A DNA stretch of 64,000 nucleotides, taken from the IMG/VR virus record IMGVR_UViG_3300018868_001080. The stretch is one strand, 5' to 3'. This stretch comes from a virus. Positions 1 to 9,227 of this stretch are shown here, in pieces. The notes under the pieces are model-generated. The model saw only the letters and a program-made list of their open reading frames with translations, did no database searches and had not been told where the DNA came from. Within the stretch, counting starts at the first letter, position 1. Each line of letters opens with the position of its first letter. Position numbers and translations under genes: made by a program.

Positions 1-157
1 CAATAACCTGTGTATCTTTGGTAATGGAGTGATCTGCAGGTATGGCATTCGATGACATGTTATCAATGATGGTAATGCTCCAGCCAAGCGCTTTCCACTT
101 CTCAATGCAGTGTACACCTACGAATCCTAGACCACCAGTGATAAGAATCCTTTTCAT
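1..157 (-). CDS. NAD-dependent epimerase/dehydratase (extended SDR), N-terminal part; runs off the window
   Basis: Hand translation from ATG at 157 gives MKRILITGGLGFVGVHCIEKWKALGWSITIIDNMS, a TGGxGFxG Rossmann motif. Not in the ORF track because it is truncated. Confidence 0.85.
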   Translation of the reverse strand, partial: MKRILITGGLGFVGVHCIEKWKALGWSITIIDNMSSNAIPADHSITKDTQVI

Positions 158-199
158 CACTATAATTAGCACATGTTATTGTTATTTCAATCTACCTTA

Positions 200-931
200 T
201 CAGACGTAACTAGTAATTAATTTTCTATTGGCTATTAGTGATGATCCGGATGGCCCGGATTCAGGTTTATCATAATCTATATTGAGGATTGAATCACTCC
301 ACTTCTTCCATGTAGTACTAATATCAGATCTGGGGTCACCATTGAATAGATCCCAGTGTGGGTATTTTTCTTCAGCTAAAGTTTTTACAATAACAAAGTG
401 GTCATAACCATTGTATTTTTGCAGCCAATGTGGTGTGGAGCTATGACCACCAGGCACATTGAGAGGCGATTTCCAGGTGGTATCATAAGTGCTCTCCTGG
501 CTCTCATAAAGGGCTAAATCTGCTTCATACAATCTCCACACCCAATCACGATCTTCCCAACCACCATGAATGAACCTCTCGTCCCACCAGCCTATTTTTC
601 TGATTAATTCTTTTGCAAACCCCATGAACCCAACATTATAAAGCAGCACACACGACATGCCATTCTCAAGTAAATGCAGCATTTTTTCCACTTCTTCTGG
701 TTTCGGATAAGTGCGATCGTTAATTAATATTACCCATTCCGTTGGTGAAGTAACAATAGCGTGGTTTATGAGCTGAGAGTATGAGGGGTACATTTTAGGA
801 TACCTATCGATTCTATTGTTCCAGTGTACTTTGTATTTTGCCTCTAACGGCTTTAATGCCTCTATTTGTTTATTTGTTATATCTCTACTGCAACCACAGT
901 GCAAGCTAATTGTAAATTCGTCAATTTTCAT
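200..931 (-). CDS. GT-A fold (GT2-like) glycosyltransferase
   Basis: WVILINDR and KIGWWDERFIHGGWEDRDW, the GT2 C-terminal G-x-x-D-E-x-F...EDxD signature. Confidence 0.7.
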   Translation of the reverse strand: MKIDEFTISLHCGCSRDITNKQIEALKPLEAKYKVHWNNRIDRYPKMYPSYSQLINHAIVTSPTEWVILINDRTYPKPEEVEKMLHLLENGMSCVLLYNVGFMGFAKELIRKIGWWDERFIHGGWEDRDWVWRLYEADLALYESQESTYDTTWKSPLNVPGGHSSTPHWLQKYNGYDHFVIVKTLAEEKYPHWDLFNGDPRSDISTTWKKWSDSILNIDYDKPESGPSGSSLIANRKLITSYV

Positions 932-1344
932 ATAAAATCAGTGCATATGCCGTAACAATTATAGTTTAACTGTTTCCAATCATTTTGCAAGTGCACAATA
1001 ATGCTTTTTTCATTCACTGCTTTGCCTGGATATGTCCAAATATAACCATTGGAAGTTAATGTCCGTTCATCAGATTCATGCCAGAAGCAAGCAACATTTT
1101 TATTTAAAAGAAATATTAATGCATCTAAATTTTTTGCATGCCACCAAATGCTCTTAAGCTCAAAAAAGGAGCCATCAACAGCATGATCAGGCGCATCGTG
1201 ACCAAGAAACAAACCCCCATGAGTTGCATGGACATCAACCTCGCAATCATAACCCATGTTCAATACTTTTTTTATTTGTTCCGGGGTATTTTCCAATGTT
1301 AAGTTCGAGCCGCTTGTATTGCCTCTGTGTGAAATTAGCTTCAT
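928..1344 (-). CDS. small glycerophosphodiester phosphodiesterase (GDPD)-fold protein
   Basis: N-terminal ISHRGN, ExD in CEVDV, LGHD, C-terminal GICTDF. Confidence 0.75.
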   Translation of the reverse strand: MKLISHRGNTSGSNLTLENTPEQIKKVLNMGYDCEVDVHATHGGLFLGHDAPDHAVDGSFFELKSIWWHAKNLDALIFLLNKNVACFWHESDERTLTSNGYIWTYPGKAVNEKSIIVHLQNDWKQLNYNCYGICTDFI

Positions 1345-1347
1345 CTG

Positions 1348-2544
1348 TTATGCAGAAACTATGCCCCACTTTTCAATGGCTTGGTTATATTCCTTGCCAT
1401 GTTCCTTATCAATAGCTTGCCGCATAGCCAAGGCACCAGATCGGGAGCCACCTGGATGGCCGTGCACTGCACCACCTACATTTGCCATAAAATCATTACC
1501 CACCCTGCCAATACAGAAATCAACTAGACCGGGATGCATTCCGCAACTAAGAGCTGGCACAGTATTGCCTTCTCTTAAAATTTTTAATGCTTGCATCAAT
1601 TCAATTTCATCATCATTGCTATAACCACCAACCATACCTGCTTGTATTGTATCAGCACCCATGAGAGTTGCTAACTGACAAACAACAGGCCAAGCAATAG
1701 AGAATCTATGACTTCTATCTGTAAATACTCTGTCGCCGCTTTTTTGAAAATGTAAGAATACTGGTAAATCTAACTTACGAATGCTATTATAAACCCCCAG
1801 ACCGCTCCATACATTTATGTGTACTCCGTTGCCGCCCAGTTCGCTTACTTTGCGTACCCTATCTAAAACAACATGTGGATCTCCATTAATTGTGTGGCAA
1901 AAAGCTATTTTTTTCTTTTGTGTTGAAAGATAGTTAGCTATAACTTCTACCCTTTCCTCCAACCGGCAACATGCAGGGTTACTCATTATTTCATCTTCTT
2001 TAATAAAATCAACACCACCCTCAACAACTTGTTTAACCATTTCAAGCAAAACTTTTGAAGTGATACCAGTTTTGGGTTTAATAATAGCACCAAAAAGCGG
2101 TTTGTTAAATTGATTGGTTAATTTCCTCAATCCTGTGATGCCAAATTTTGGGCCCAAGAAATGCTGCTTAACACATTCTGGTATTAGCAAATCAATTAAT
2201 CTGCAGCTAGTGATCAGATCGATATCTACATGACCTCCCATGAGCTGGCACAATAAATGGCTAATACCATCGTTATCCCAGTCACTATTGATAACAGGAA
2301 ATCCTATCTCTACCATACCAGCCTTTTGTTCCTCTAATTTCTTTTCATCCGCAAATATAATACAGCTGTGATTTTCAAACAAGCTGTCTGTCTCCCATTC
2401 ATTTCTTACATTAGGATTACCAACACTTTGACCTATGGCTAGGTTCCAAGCTGCTGCTTTGAGAGATTGGTTGCTTGACATTCTATATGTGGCAACAACA
2501 TATTTGTTGATGTCTACCTCTTCCTTGTTACGGAAAATTTTCAT
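1348..2544 (-). CDS. RuBisCO-like protein (form IV type), probably not a carboxylase
   Basis: GPKFGITGLR, GAIIKPKTG, GGVDFIKEDE (carbamate-Lys/Mg motif), LSCGMHPG, NVGGAVHGHPGG. Confidence 0.93.
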   Translation of the reverse strand: MKIFRNKEEVDINKYVVATYRMSSNQSLKAAAWNLAIGQSVGNPNVRNEWETDSLFENHSCIIFADEKKLEEQKAGMVEIGFPVINSDWDNDGISHLLCQLMGGHVDIDLITSCRLIDLLIPECVKQHFLGPKFGITGLRKLTNQFNKPLFGAIIKPKTGITSKVLLEMVKQVVEGGVDFIKEDEIMSNPACCRLEERVEVIANYLSTQKKKIAFCHTINGDPHVVLDRVRKVSELGGNGVHINVWSGLGVYNSIRKLDLPVFLHFQKSGDRVFTDRSHRFSIAWPVVCQLATLMGADTIQAGMVGGYSNDDEIELMQALKILREGNTVPALSCGMHPGLVDFCIGRVGNDFMANVGGAVHGHPGGSRSGALAMRQAIDKEHGKEYNQAIEKWGIVSA

Positions 2545-2854
2545 ATTTATCTCCTGTCACAGAAGGTGTTTTTACAACTATAAGTTCGCAATCTTCAAAA
2601 AAAGTGGGATCTGCTATTTCATTTGGTTCAATAACAAAAACATCTCCTTGTTGTAAAATTTTTTCTTGTATCATCATTTTACCTTTGATTAGATAGTTAA
2701 TCTCCGTCGCAACTTTATGCAAGTGCTTTGGCCAGCATTCACCTTTCTGATGCTGCTTATAGCAGACTTCAAATTCTTTTGTCTTGAGAACAGAAGGGCT
2801 AAAATCACCGATAAACCACCCACCTTTAAAAGTATTAATGTTATAGATTTTCAT
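2528..2854 (-). CDS. cupin-domain protein
   Basis: HLHKVATEINYLIKG and GDVFVIEP match cupin motifs 1 and 2; N-terminal GWFIGDF. Confidence 0.8.
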   Translation of the reverse strand: MKIYNINTFKGGWFIGDFSPSVLKTKEFEVCYKQHQKGECWPKHLHKVATEINYLIKGKMMIQEKILQQGDVFVIEPNEIADPTFFEDCELIVVKTPSVTGDKYENFP

Positions 2855-3569
2855 ATATTTGTTCTGTAAAATAATTTAAATCGTCTGGCACACCAATGGG
2901 GTAATGGAGATTATAGTAATAAGGTATAATTTTCTTACCATCTCTTATCATGTAATTGTATGAAGGTGCAACATAAAATTCATTACCATATCTTTCATCT
3001 TTTTTTATCATTTCGTTTGCTGAATAAACAAAATCAGAACCCTTGGACCAAAAGTGCAGACCATTTGTTGCAATATTACTGATTACAATTTTTTCTTTTA
3101 TTTCCTGAATTCTTAAATCTTCACTAAGCTTTATGTAGCTATTTTTATTGGAATTAGAATGAAAGGCACCAACAATGCCATCTGCTTGATTAAATTTAGC
3201 AAAATTAAGTAAATTTTTAATATTAAAATCAACAATAATCTGGTCACAATTTACTATAATAAGCTGTTGACTGTTGTTGATATATTTTTCAGCTAGTAAG
3301 CATGTGCACGCGGGTCCTTCAGTAAGAGCCTCAGCAACTATGAGCTCATAATTAATGTCTAGTGAATCAAGAATGTCTTTGAAGCTTTTATCTGTACTGA
3401 GTTGTGATGAGATAATTAAAAAAAATTTAGTTTGTTTATCTTGTGATAGGTTATCAATGATGCGAGTTACCATCGGCTTGCCTTTCACATCAATCAGGGG
3501 CTTGAGCTCACCCGGGTGAGTTTTGCTAAATCGAGAGCCCACCCCAGCCATGGGTATAACCATATTCAT
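2841..3569 (-). CDS. sugar-phosphate nucleotidyltransferase
   Basis: VIPMAGVGSRF, KPLIDVKGKPM, NCDQ, KEK and EFYVAP motifs of the NTP-transferase superfamily. Confidence 0.88.
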   Translation of the reverse strand: MNMVIPMAGVGSRFSKTHPGELKPLIDVKGKPMVTRIIDNLSQDKQTKFFLIISSQLSTDKSFKDILDSLDINYELIVAEALTEGPACTCLLAEKYINNSQQLIIVNCDQIIVDFNIKNLLNFAKFNQADGIVGAFHSNSNKNSYIKLSEDLRIQEIKEKIVISNIATNGLHFWSKGSDFVYSANEMIKKDERYGNEFYVAPSYNYMIRDGKKIIPYYYNLHYPIGVPDDLNYFTEQIYENL

Positions 3570-3573
3570 GGCA

Positions 3574-4236
3574 TCAACAACCGATTATGCCGTCTGCACG
3601 TACAATATAAAATGTCTTATGAATTATATTAACATTAATATTGTTTGCATTTAAATGTGCACCTAGTATACCCTCTGGACATGGTTGTTTTATACGCTCG
3701 GTGCCTTCATTATCGTTGTAAACTTTTGCATATGTGTCCATAGTATTCGAATTACCGTATGCAAACCAATCATTTATACCACCGCAGCCACCTGGGCGGT
3801 CCATAAGATATACCTGCTTCTCTGCACAGTTGTGTAGATTTATTTTTTCGCTATAAAGCAAATCCCATCTTACTCTTACTACAACATCATACTTAAAATT
3901 ATTAACCCGCTCGTATTCTTTCTTAAGATCATTACTTCTTGTAATAGACCTGAGCATGCTCTTTGTATTTTCAGAAAAGGTGGGGTAATCAAAACAGAAA
4001 GAGATTGGCTTTAGAAAATTAACTACGTCAGTTATATCATAATCTGTATACTTGCCATAGGGTGTTGTGTCATGGTCGTTGAAATCATTCTTATAAGCAC
4101 TATCGTCATGCTTATGCCAGCAATGGCAAAACACATCACAATTGTAAGGATCGATTAGATGGTCTTTTAAGCTTTGGCGTACATAATTAAAGCTACGTAT
4201 TTGACCTGATAAACAAACAGCTACTTTCATTTCCAT
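3574..4236 (-). CDS. putative glycosyltransferase-like protein
   Basis: VAVCLSGQIRSF, YDVVVRVRWD, NDWFAYG, PEGIL; a family pattern recalled from viral glycan islands, plus gene context. Confidence 0.55.
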   Translation of the reverse strand: MEMKVAVCLSGQIRSFNYVRQSLKDHLIDPYNCDVFCHCWHKHDDSAYKNDFNDHDTTPYGKYTDYDITDVVNFLKPISFCFDYPTFSENTKSMLRSITRSNDLKKEYERVNNFKYDVVVRVRWDLLYSEKINLHNCAEKQVYLMDRPGGCGGINDWFAYGNSNTMDTYAKVYNDNEGTERIKQPCPEGILGAHLNANNINVNIIHKTFYIVRADGIIGC

Positions 4237-4241
4237 ATAAT

Positions 4242-5063
4242 TTATTTGATGGGGTAGCGCCTATTGTATTCCTCGAATAACCAAGGCTGGCCACCTGCAA
4301 AATGTCTGTAGATTATATTATTTGGATCGGCATGCACAATATCATATGTGTTGGGCTTTGTTGGTGTGAACGTTTTATCGCCTGTCTCGTCCAATAGATG
4401 TGTAACGTTCCATTCTGTTGGCAGTATATCAACATTCTCAAGCAATTCGTCCAGCGACAGAACAGTTTTTTCAGTTACTTCAGAATGCAGACCGTTGTTA
4501 GGTAGATCATAGAAAGGCGTCCAGCTATGAGGTTTTATGCCAGCATGCACATAGTATGCCTGCTGATCACCATGATAAAAGGTTCTCTTTTCATTAAAAT
4601 GTTCGTTCCAAATTTTAAAATCTTTGTTTTCATAGAATTTCTCTCTTGAAGTAATCAGATTGATTAGCTTGCGGGTGAATGGCGAGATTTTGAGAATAAA
4701 GAATCCAAAGCAATGTGTGTTGCCTGAATCAATTGCATAGGTGAAACTTTTCTTGGGCTCATAAAACTTATCGAGCTGAGCAATAAAAACGTCTGCATCA
4801 TATTGATATATAACATCACCATCCACAAGCTTGCCTGAGTCAACTAAATCTTTGAAAAGATACCACCTGTTGAAATGAAAATTATCACCAGGGTGAAGCT
4901 CTGGGAAGTAGATTTGTGGAGTAAAATTGGTTTGATTGATCTCAATATACTTTAACCCGTGCATCTCACAATATTTTCTATTGCGCGGCTCAATATACTT
5001 TCTGAATAAGTTTTCGCGTTCACCGTGCCATATAGCAAAATTTAAGAAATATTTCTTCATCAT
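4242..5063 (-). CDS. putative GT-A glycosyltransferase (GT34/GT8-like)
   Basis: YDADVFI (DxD), GDQQAY, LPTEWNV, RHFAGG. Confidence 0.65.
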   Translation of the reverse strand: MMKKYFLNFAIWHGERENLFRKYIEPRNRKYCEMHGLKYIEINQTNFTPQIYFPELHPGDNFHFNRWYLFKDLVDSGKLVDGDVIYQYDADVFIAQLDKFYEPKKSFTYAIDSGNTHCFGFFILKISPFTRKLINLITSREKFYENKDFKIWNEHFNEKRTFYHGDQQAYYVHAGIKPHSWTPFYDLPNNGLHSEVTEKTVLSLDELLENVDILPTEWNVTHLLDETGDKTFTPTKPNTYDIVHADPNNIIYRHFAGGQPWLFEEYNRRYPIK

Positions 5064-5066
5064 TCT

Positions 5067-5094
5067 AATATATACTATTAATTAGCTTTTGCAA
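5067..5094 (-). promoter_or_regulatory. sigma70-like promoter TTGCAA-N16-TATATT
   Basis: The -10 box ends 3 and 6 nt before the tandem ATGs at 5063 and 5060. Confidence 0.55.
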
Positions 5095-5903
5095 GTACTT
5101 GCGGCATCGAGAATTAATTTTTTATAATAATTGAAGTCTGATTTGTATGTTTCTTTTTTACTCACCTCAGCATACTTGGTCATGAGCAGCTCCGGTGTTA
5201 AATCTTCCCATGAGTTAATAAAAAGAATTGGGCAATCTTTAAAATAAACCACTGGTATATCTTTTAAAACAATGGGCACTGTTCCTACATACATTGACTC
5301 CCAGATTCTATGACAGTCAACACTGTTTCCTGGTGGTGAAATAACATACTTGTATGTGCTTAGTTTGCGCAAATAGTCTTCAAAGCTATGCTTATGAAAA
5401 TCGAAATCGATAAAATCGTAATGTTTGATCTTCTGTATTGCATGAGACCTCTCATTGGGATTTGTGTTGGGATCAAAGTTACAGTAAACAAGATTCTTTT
5501 TACTATTGTTCTCATTAATTATTTTTAATATTGTTTCTTTGTTACCGTGAGGCCAAACTTCATTTGCCATACCTATGGGTATGGTTTGTAATTTATTGTG
5601 CATAACATGGCAATTCATGCCAAACCATTTGACGAGATGCGGGTTGTTGAGAATCGATAGATGTTCTGTTGTGACTGGTGCATCTGCATCATGCGTAATC
5701 AAGACAAACGGGTAATTAATGTTGGGTAAATTTTCTCTTGCAAATAGAGAAATGTTATCACCATGAAGAAAAATAATATTTTCGTCAGGGTTGTATGTAA
5801 TTTTCTTACCATATCTAGATATGTAGTTGCTTGCAAGGCTCAACAACTTATCTGGTGTAATTATAAAATCTGTATTATTCACTTTTCTTAATAAACTCTT
5901 CAA
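5082..5903 (-). CDS. exostosin-like (GT47-type) glycosyltransferase
   Basis: YKYVISPPGNSVDCHRIWESMYVGTVPIV. Confidence 0.75.
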   Translation of the reverse strand: MKSLLRKVNNTDFIITPDKLLSLASNYISRYGKKITYNPDENIIFLHGDNISLFARENLPNINYPFVLITHDADAPVTTEHLSILNNPHLVKWFGMNCHVMHNKLQTIPIGMANEVWPHGNKETILKIINENNSKKNLVYCNFDPNTNPNERSHAIQKIKHYDFIDFDFHKHSFEDYLRKLSTYKYVISPPGNSVDCHRIWESMYVGTVPIVLKDIPVVYFKDCPILFINSWEDLTPELLMTKYAEVSKKETYKSDFNYYKKLILDAASTCKS

Positions 5904-6792
5904 TGCATTTCTTATTATGCATGTGTAGGTTGAAGATAGGAATCTTCTTATCCTTATAAATCACATAGGGTTTCTTATCAAATCCTACTGAGATGCTTTT
6001 CTCGATGAGCTCCTTGCCAACATAGTGACGGTATTCCACATAGCCTGGTGGATGGTTTTGATTAGTACCACCGAGAAACATGCCATAGGGATTAGGATCA
6101 AAAAGCATCTGCATTTCGTTAAAATTTTCAGAAAACGGTCCTGATGGCACACATGGTAGCATTTTATAATTTTTTCCGTATTTGTAGATTAAGTCGAGCA
6201 AGGCCATGTCTGTAATCCAGCTATAAAAATGCCCAACATGACTGCGTAGAGCTTCCTCACCTTTCTTGATGAGCTTCACATGAAGGTCCAGAAGTGTCTG
6301 TGCTGCTGCACTATCTTTTACAAAGATACAGCATGGTGCAGAAGCGGACGGCGCTTCATTGCAAAATCCAAACTCACCTGGTTTAAAAAATTTGCTTATG
6401 TTTGAAATATCATCAAATATAAGATTGTCACCTTCCAGATGCAGAGTATCTTTGAGGTCTCTTTTGATGATAAAAATGAGAAATAGGAATACACGAATTG
6501 TTGTGTTGAACCAGAATGCATCAGTCATATACCTGGGCCATTTTGTTTTAAATATATGAATAATTTCTTTATACTCCTCTGTCTGAAGCAGTGGTTCCAC
6601 ATCCACAGAATTTTCGTGCTTGTATTTTTCTTGTAAAATAATATATGCATTATCTGCATGTTTTTTATTAAAAGCAAGTGTCTGTTTGTAGTAATCAGGC
6701 AGAGAGGCAGGTGCGTAGATATTTTCCTCACTACTAGGAATACTGGTGGGTAGAAATGTTCTGTCTAGAAAGAACGAAACCAAATTACTCAT
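5875..6792 (-). CDS. putative glycosyltransferase
   Basis: LHLEGDNLIF, TDMALL, LFDP, FNLHMH; lies within the GT operon. Confidence 0.5.
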   Translation of the reverse strand: MSNLVSFFLDRTFLPTSIPSSEENIYAPASLPDYYKQTLAFNKKHADNAYIILQEKYKHENSVDVEPLLQTEEYKEIIHIFKTKWPRYMTDAFWFNTTIRVFLFLIFIIKRDLKDTLHLEGDNLIFDDISNISKFFKPGEFGFCNEAPSASAPCCIFVKDSAAAQTLLDLHVKLIKKGEEALRSHVGHFYSWITDMALLDLIYKYGKNYKMLPCVPSGPFSENFNEMQMLFDPNPYGMFLGGTNQNHPPGYVEYRHYVGKELIEKSISVGFDKKPYVIYKDKKIPIFNLHMHNKKCIEEFIKKSE

Positions 6793-7588
6793 ATTTTTTA
6801 GTAAAAAATGCCTTGGTCAGATCTTTTTTGTCATATTGATGCACAATGGCAAAAGGTTGTTGACCTGGCTTGGTAAGCAGATTGTTGCATATCCATTTTT
6901 CACTCAAATCATTTTTCTCATCAGCTGCAGACAGGTGTATTAAGAATTCATCTCCATGCGGGAGAATCTCTAGCTGCAGACTCTTCCTCACATATGTTAA
7001 GAGATTTAAAATAACTTGATCGTATGCAAAATAATTTCTTTGTGGTAGAATGATGCTCAGCTCTGTTGCAACTTGCTTTTGATAATCAATTAGCTTGTCA
7101 ATATTACCAATGGTAACGCCACAATTCAAAATCTTCTTGTCCTTTACCCCATCGTAACTCTCACTGTACCCGAACTTGTACCAAGTTGTGTTGGTGTCAC
7201 AGTCTCTAAAATAGTTTCGTTCTTCTGCAAGCACAGTGCTGTTTGCAGGGAATTTTTTTGCATATTCAACAAAGGGGTCTTTTTGAAAAATGACATCCAC
7301 ATCTGTCATCAAAGCTGTCTGACAATTCGTTTGTGCTTTGATCTCTTTCAAGAGAAGATAAAATACAATGGGTTTTAAATTGTACGGTGTGAGGCTTCTA
7401 ATATTATGTTTTTCGGCAAATTTATAGTAATTTATTATTTGTATCTTCTTTTGATCAATTGGCAGGCTCGAGCAATCCAGATCAGTTACAAGGAATAAAA
7501 CACCATCCACATTGTCATTAAAGCTCTTGAGAAATGGTTTCAAGTAGTTGTAGTTAAACCCCAGAGATAGTGCAATAGTACAATTCAT
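6785..7588 (-). CDS. GT-A fold glycosyltransferase
   Basis: TDVDVIFQKDPF, LNCGVTIG, DQVILN, VHQYDK. Confidence 0.75.
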   Translation of the reverse strand: MNCTIALSLGFNYNYLKPFLKSFNDNVDGVLFLVTDLDCSSLPIDQKKIQIINYYKFAEKHNIRSLTPYNLKPIVFYLLLKEIKAQTNCQTALMTDVDVIFQKDPFVEYAKKFPANSTVLAEERNYFRDCDTNTTWYKFGYSESYDGVKDKKILNCGVTIGNIDKLIDYQKQVATELSIILPQRNYFAYDQVILNLLTYVRKSLQLEILPHGDEFLIHLSAADEKNDLSEKWICNNLLTKPGQQPFAIVHQYDKKDLTKAFFTKKYE

Positions 7589-8448
7589 TGTGTTAGTTTA
7601 AAGTAGTGTTGCTCTAATTCAACTTCATTTTCAAAAGGTTGGTACCACCTGCAATTGTTTACTGTGGGTCGCTTCTCCAGAACATTGAACACATAATTCC
7701 ACCAAATACGATTGACAATAGGGTCGCGTCTAAATACATCTTCAGTATAATAATTTTCAACAAATGCTTTGTCACTGGAACAACCATCATGATTTATATG
7801 AAAGGAAACAAAAGGTAATTTGTTTAGATTCTTGCATTTACACAAGCAATTGAGCATGGTGAAGAAATATGTATCCCAATAATTGTGACCAAGTATGAAC
7901 TGTTTAAGAGATTTTGTTACACGCTTCCATGTGCTGTTTTTAATTGCAAAAGCATCAAACCCGTGCACTGAGTATGCATCTGCAACAGGTGTATCGTCAA
8001 GTGATTTAATATTGCTAATGCAGGCTTTGCTTGAGGGATAACACTCATACTCTGCAGTAATGTGCTTGATGAACCTATCAGAAATTATTATGTCACTGTT
8101 TGTGAATAAGAAATAGTCACTATCAATATCTGACATGACATCAAATATTTCATTTACAATTGGTAATTCTCTCTTGTTGTTGTTGATATCATTTTCTCTC
8201 AAACTATACTCTTGTGATAGATGGGCTTGTTTAAAATACTCCTTTACAACTGCATTTGACTTCTTTTTTAATTTGTTGATGGTAATGAATCCATCATAAA
8301 CTAATTGATCTTCTTGAAACGTTATTATATACAGTTCAACGTTTTTAAATTTTTGCTTTAATTTTTGCAAGCTCTCAATGCACAGCATTTCACGATGATT
8401 CAATCTATCGTAAGGCTTGAAAGCATTTATACCAATTGCAATTTTCAT
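7585..8448 (-). CDS. putative GT-A glycosyltransferase
   Basis: YFLFTNSDII, GFDAFAI, LGHNYWD. Confidence 0.6.
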   Translation of the reverse strand: MKIAIGINAFKPYDRLNHREMLCIESLQKLKQKFKNVELYIITFQEDQLVYDGFITINKLKKKSNAVVKEYFKQAHLSQEYSLRENDINNNKRELPIVNEIFDVMSDIDSDYFLFTNSDIIISDRFIKHITAEYECYPSSKACISNIKSLDDTPVADAYSVHGFDAFAIKNSTWKRVTKSLKQFILGHNYWDTYFFTMLNCLCKCKNLNKLPFVSFHINHDGCSSDKAFVENYYTEDVFRRDPIVNRIWWNYVFNVLEKRPTVNNCRWYQPFENEVELEQHYFKLTQ

Positions 8449-9227
8449 GGTTTAATTTGCTTCAAAAAGCTAACAACCTCTTGCTTTGTTTTGATGGGTA
8501 TTTGATTCACCATGACACCGTGTTTTTTAACAAAATATTCCCACTCTTTATGAATTTTTAGAGTACGAGAGCCATCAGGATTATCTGGGGCATCAATGCG
8601 GCTGCTCGTCTCTGGGTTATTCATAATGTAATTATCTGAATTTGTTAAATCTGCAAACCACCAGAACGGCGCTGCATAATCTCCACGCACAGACTCTCTA
8701 TATGTGAGGTCAACATCCCATGCAAACCTATATCCAGTGTCATATAAGCCAGTCTTGCTGTAGCACGAAGCATGATGATATGTGAACTCGTTGCACATGT
8801 TTGGATAAAATGAAATGCTTGTATCTTTGCTATATTCTACAGTTAGTTTTGGTGTTCGTTTTTCTGGTGCACCAGATTCCCAGGATGTACTCACAAATGA
8901 AAAGTACTTCAAGTTGCTTGCTTTGGATGCCTCAATATATTTGTAGAATATATTCTTGTCTTTGATGATCATGTCATCTTCAATTATAAAAATATGATCA
9001 CATTTTTTTTCCAAAAGAAAATTAATACAATCATTTCTGCATACACTTGGATACCTATTTTTGTGATGCTGTATCCAATCAGAATCATATTTTTTAGAAT
9101 ATTCTTTCCCACCATTAACTGTCACAAGTTCATCAATTGTATCACGTGGTAGAGAATTGTACAATGCATCATAATAATGCTCAGTATTATATGTGGTGAT
9201 ACCTACTCCAATTTTCTGTGTGTTCAT
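8445..9227 (-). CDS. GT2-family glycosyltransferase
   Basis: GVGITTYN, DHIFIIEDD, GLYDTGY; paralogue of 9224..9988. Confidence 0.8.
   Translation of the reverse strand: MNTQKIGVGITTYNTEHYYDALYNSLPRDTIDELVTVNGGKEYSKKYDSDWIQHHKNRYPSVCRNDCINFLLEKKCDHIFIIEDDMIIKDKNIFYKYIEASKASNLKYFSFVSTSWESGAPEKRTPKLTVEYSKDTSISFYPNMCNEFTYHHASCYSKTGLYDTGYRFAWDVDLTYRESVRGDYAAPFWWFADLTNSDNYIMNNPETSSRIDAPDNPDGSRTLKIHKEWEYFVKKHGVMVNQIPIKTKQEVVSFLKQIKP

Noticed and set aside
1348-2544. Phage-encoded carbon-fixing RuBisCO
   Set aside because: Several carboxylation residues, including loop-6 Lys, appear replaced, and no small subunit or phosphoribulokinase is present
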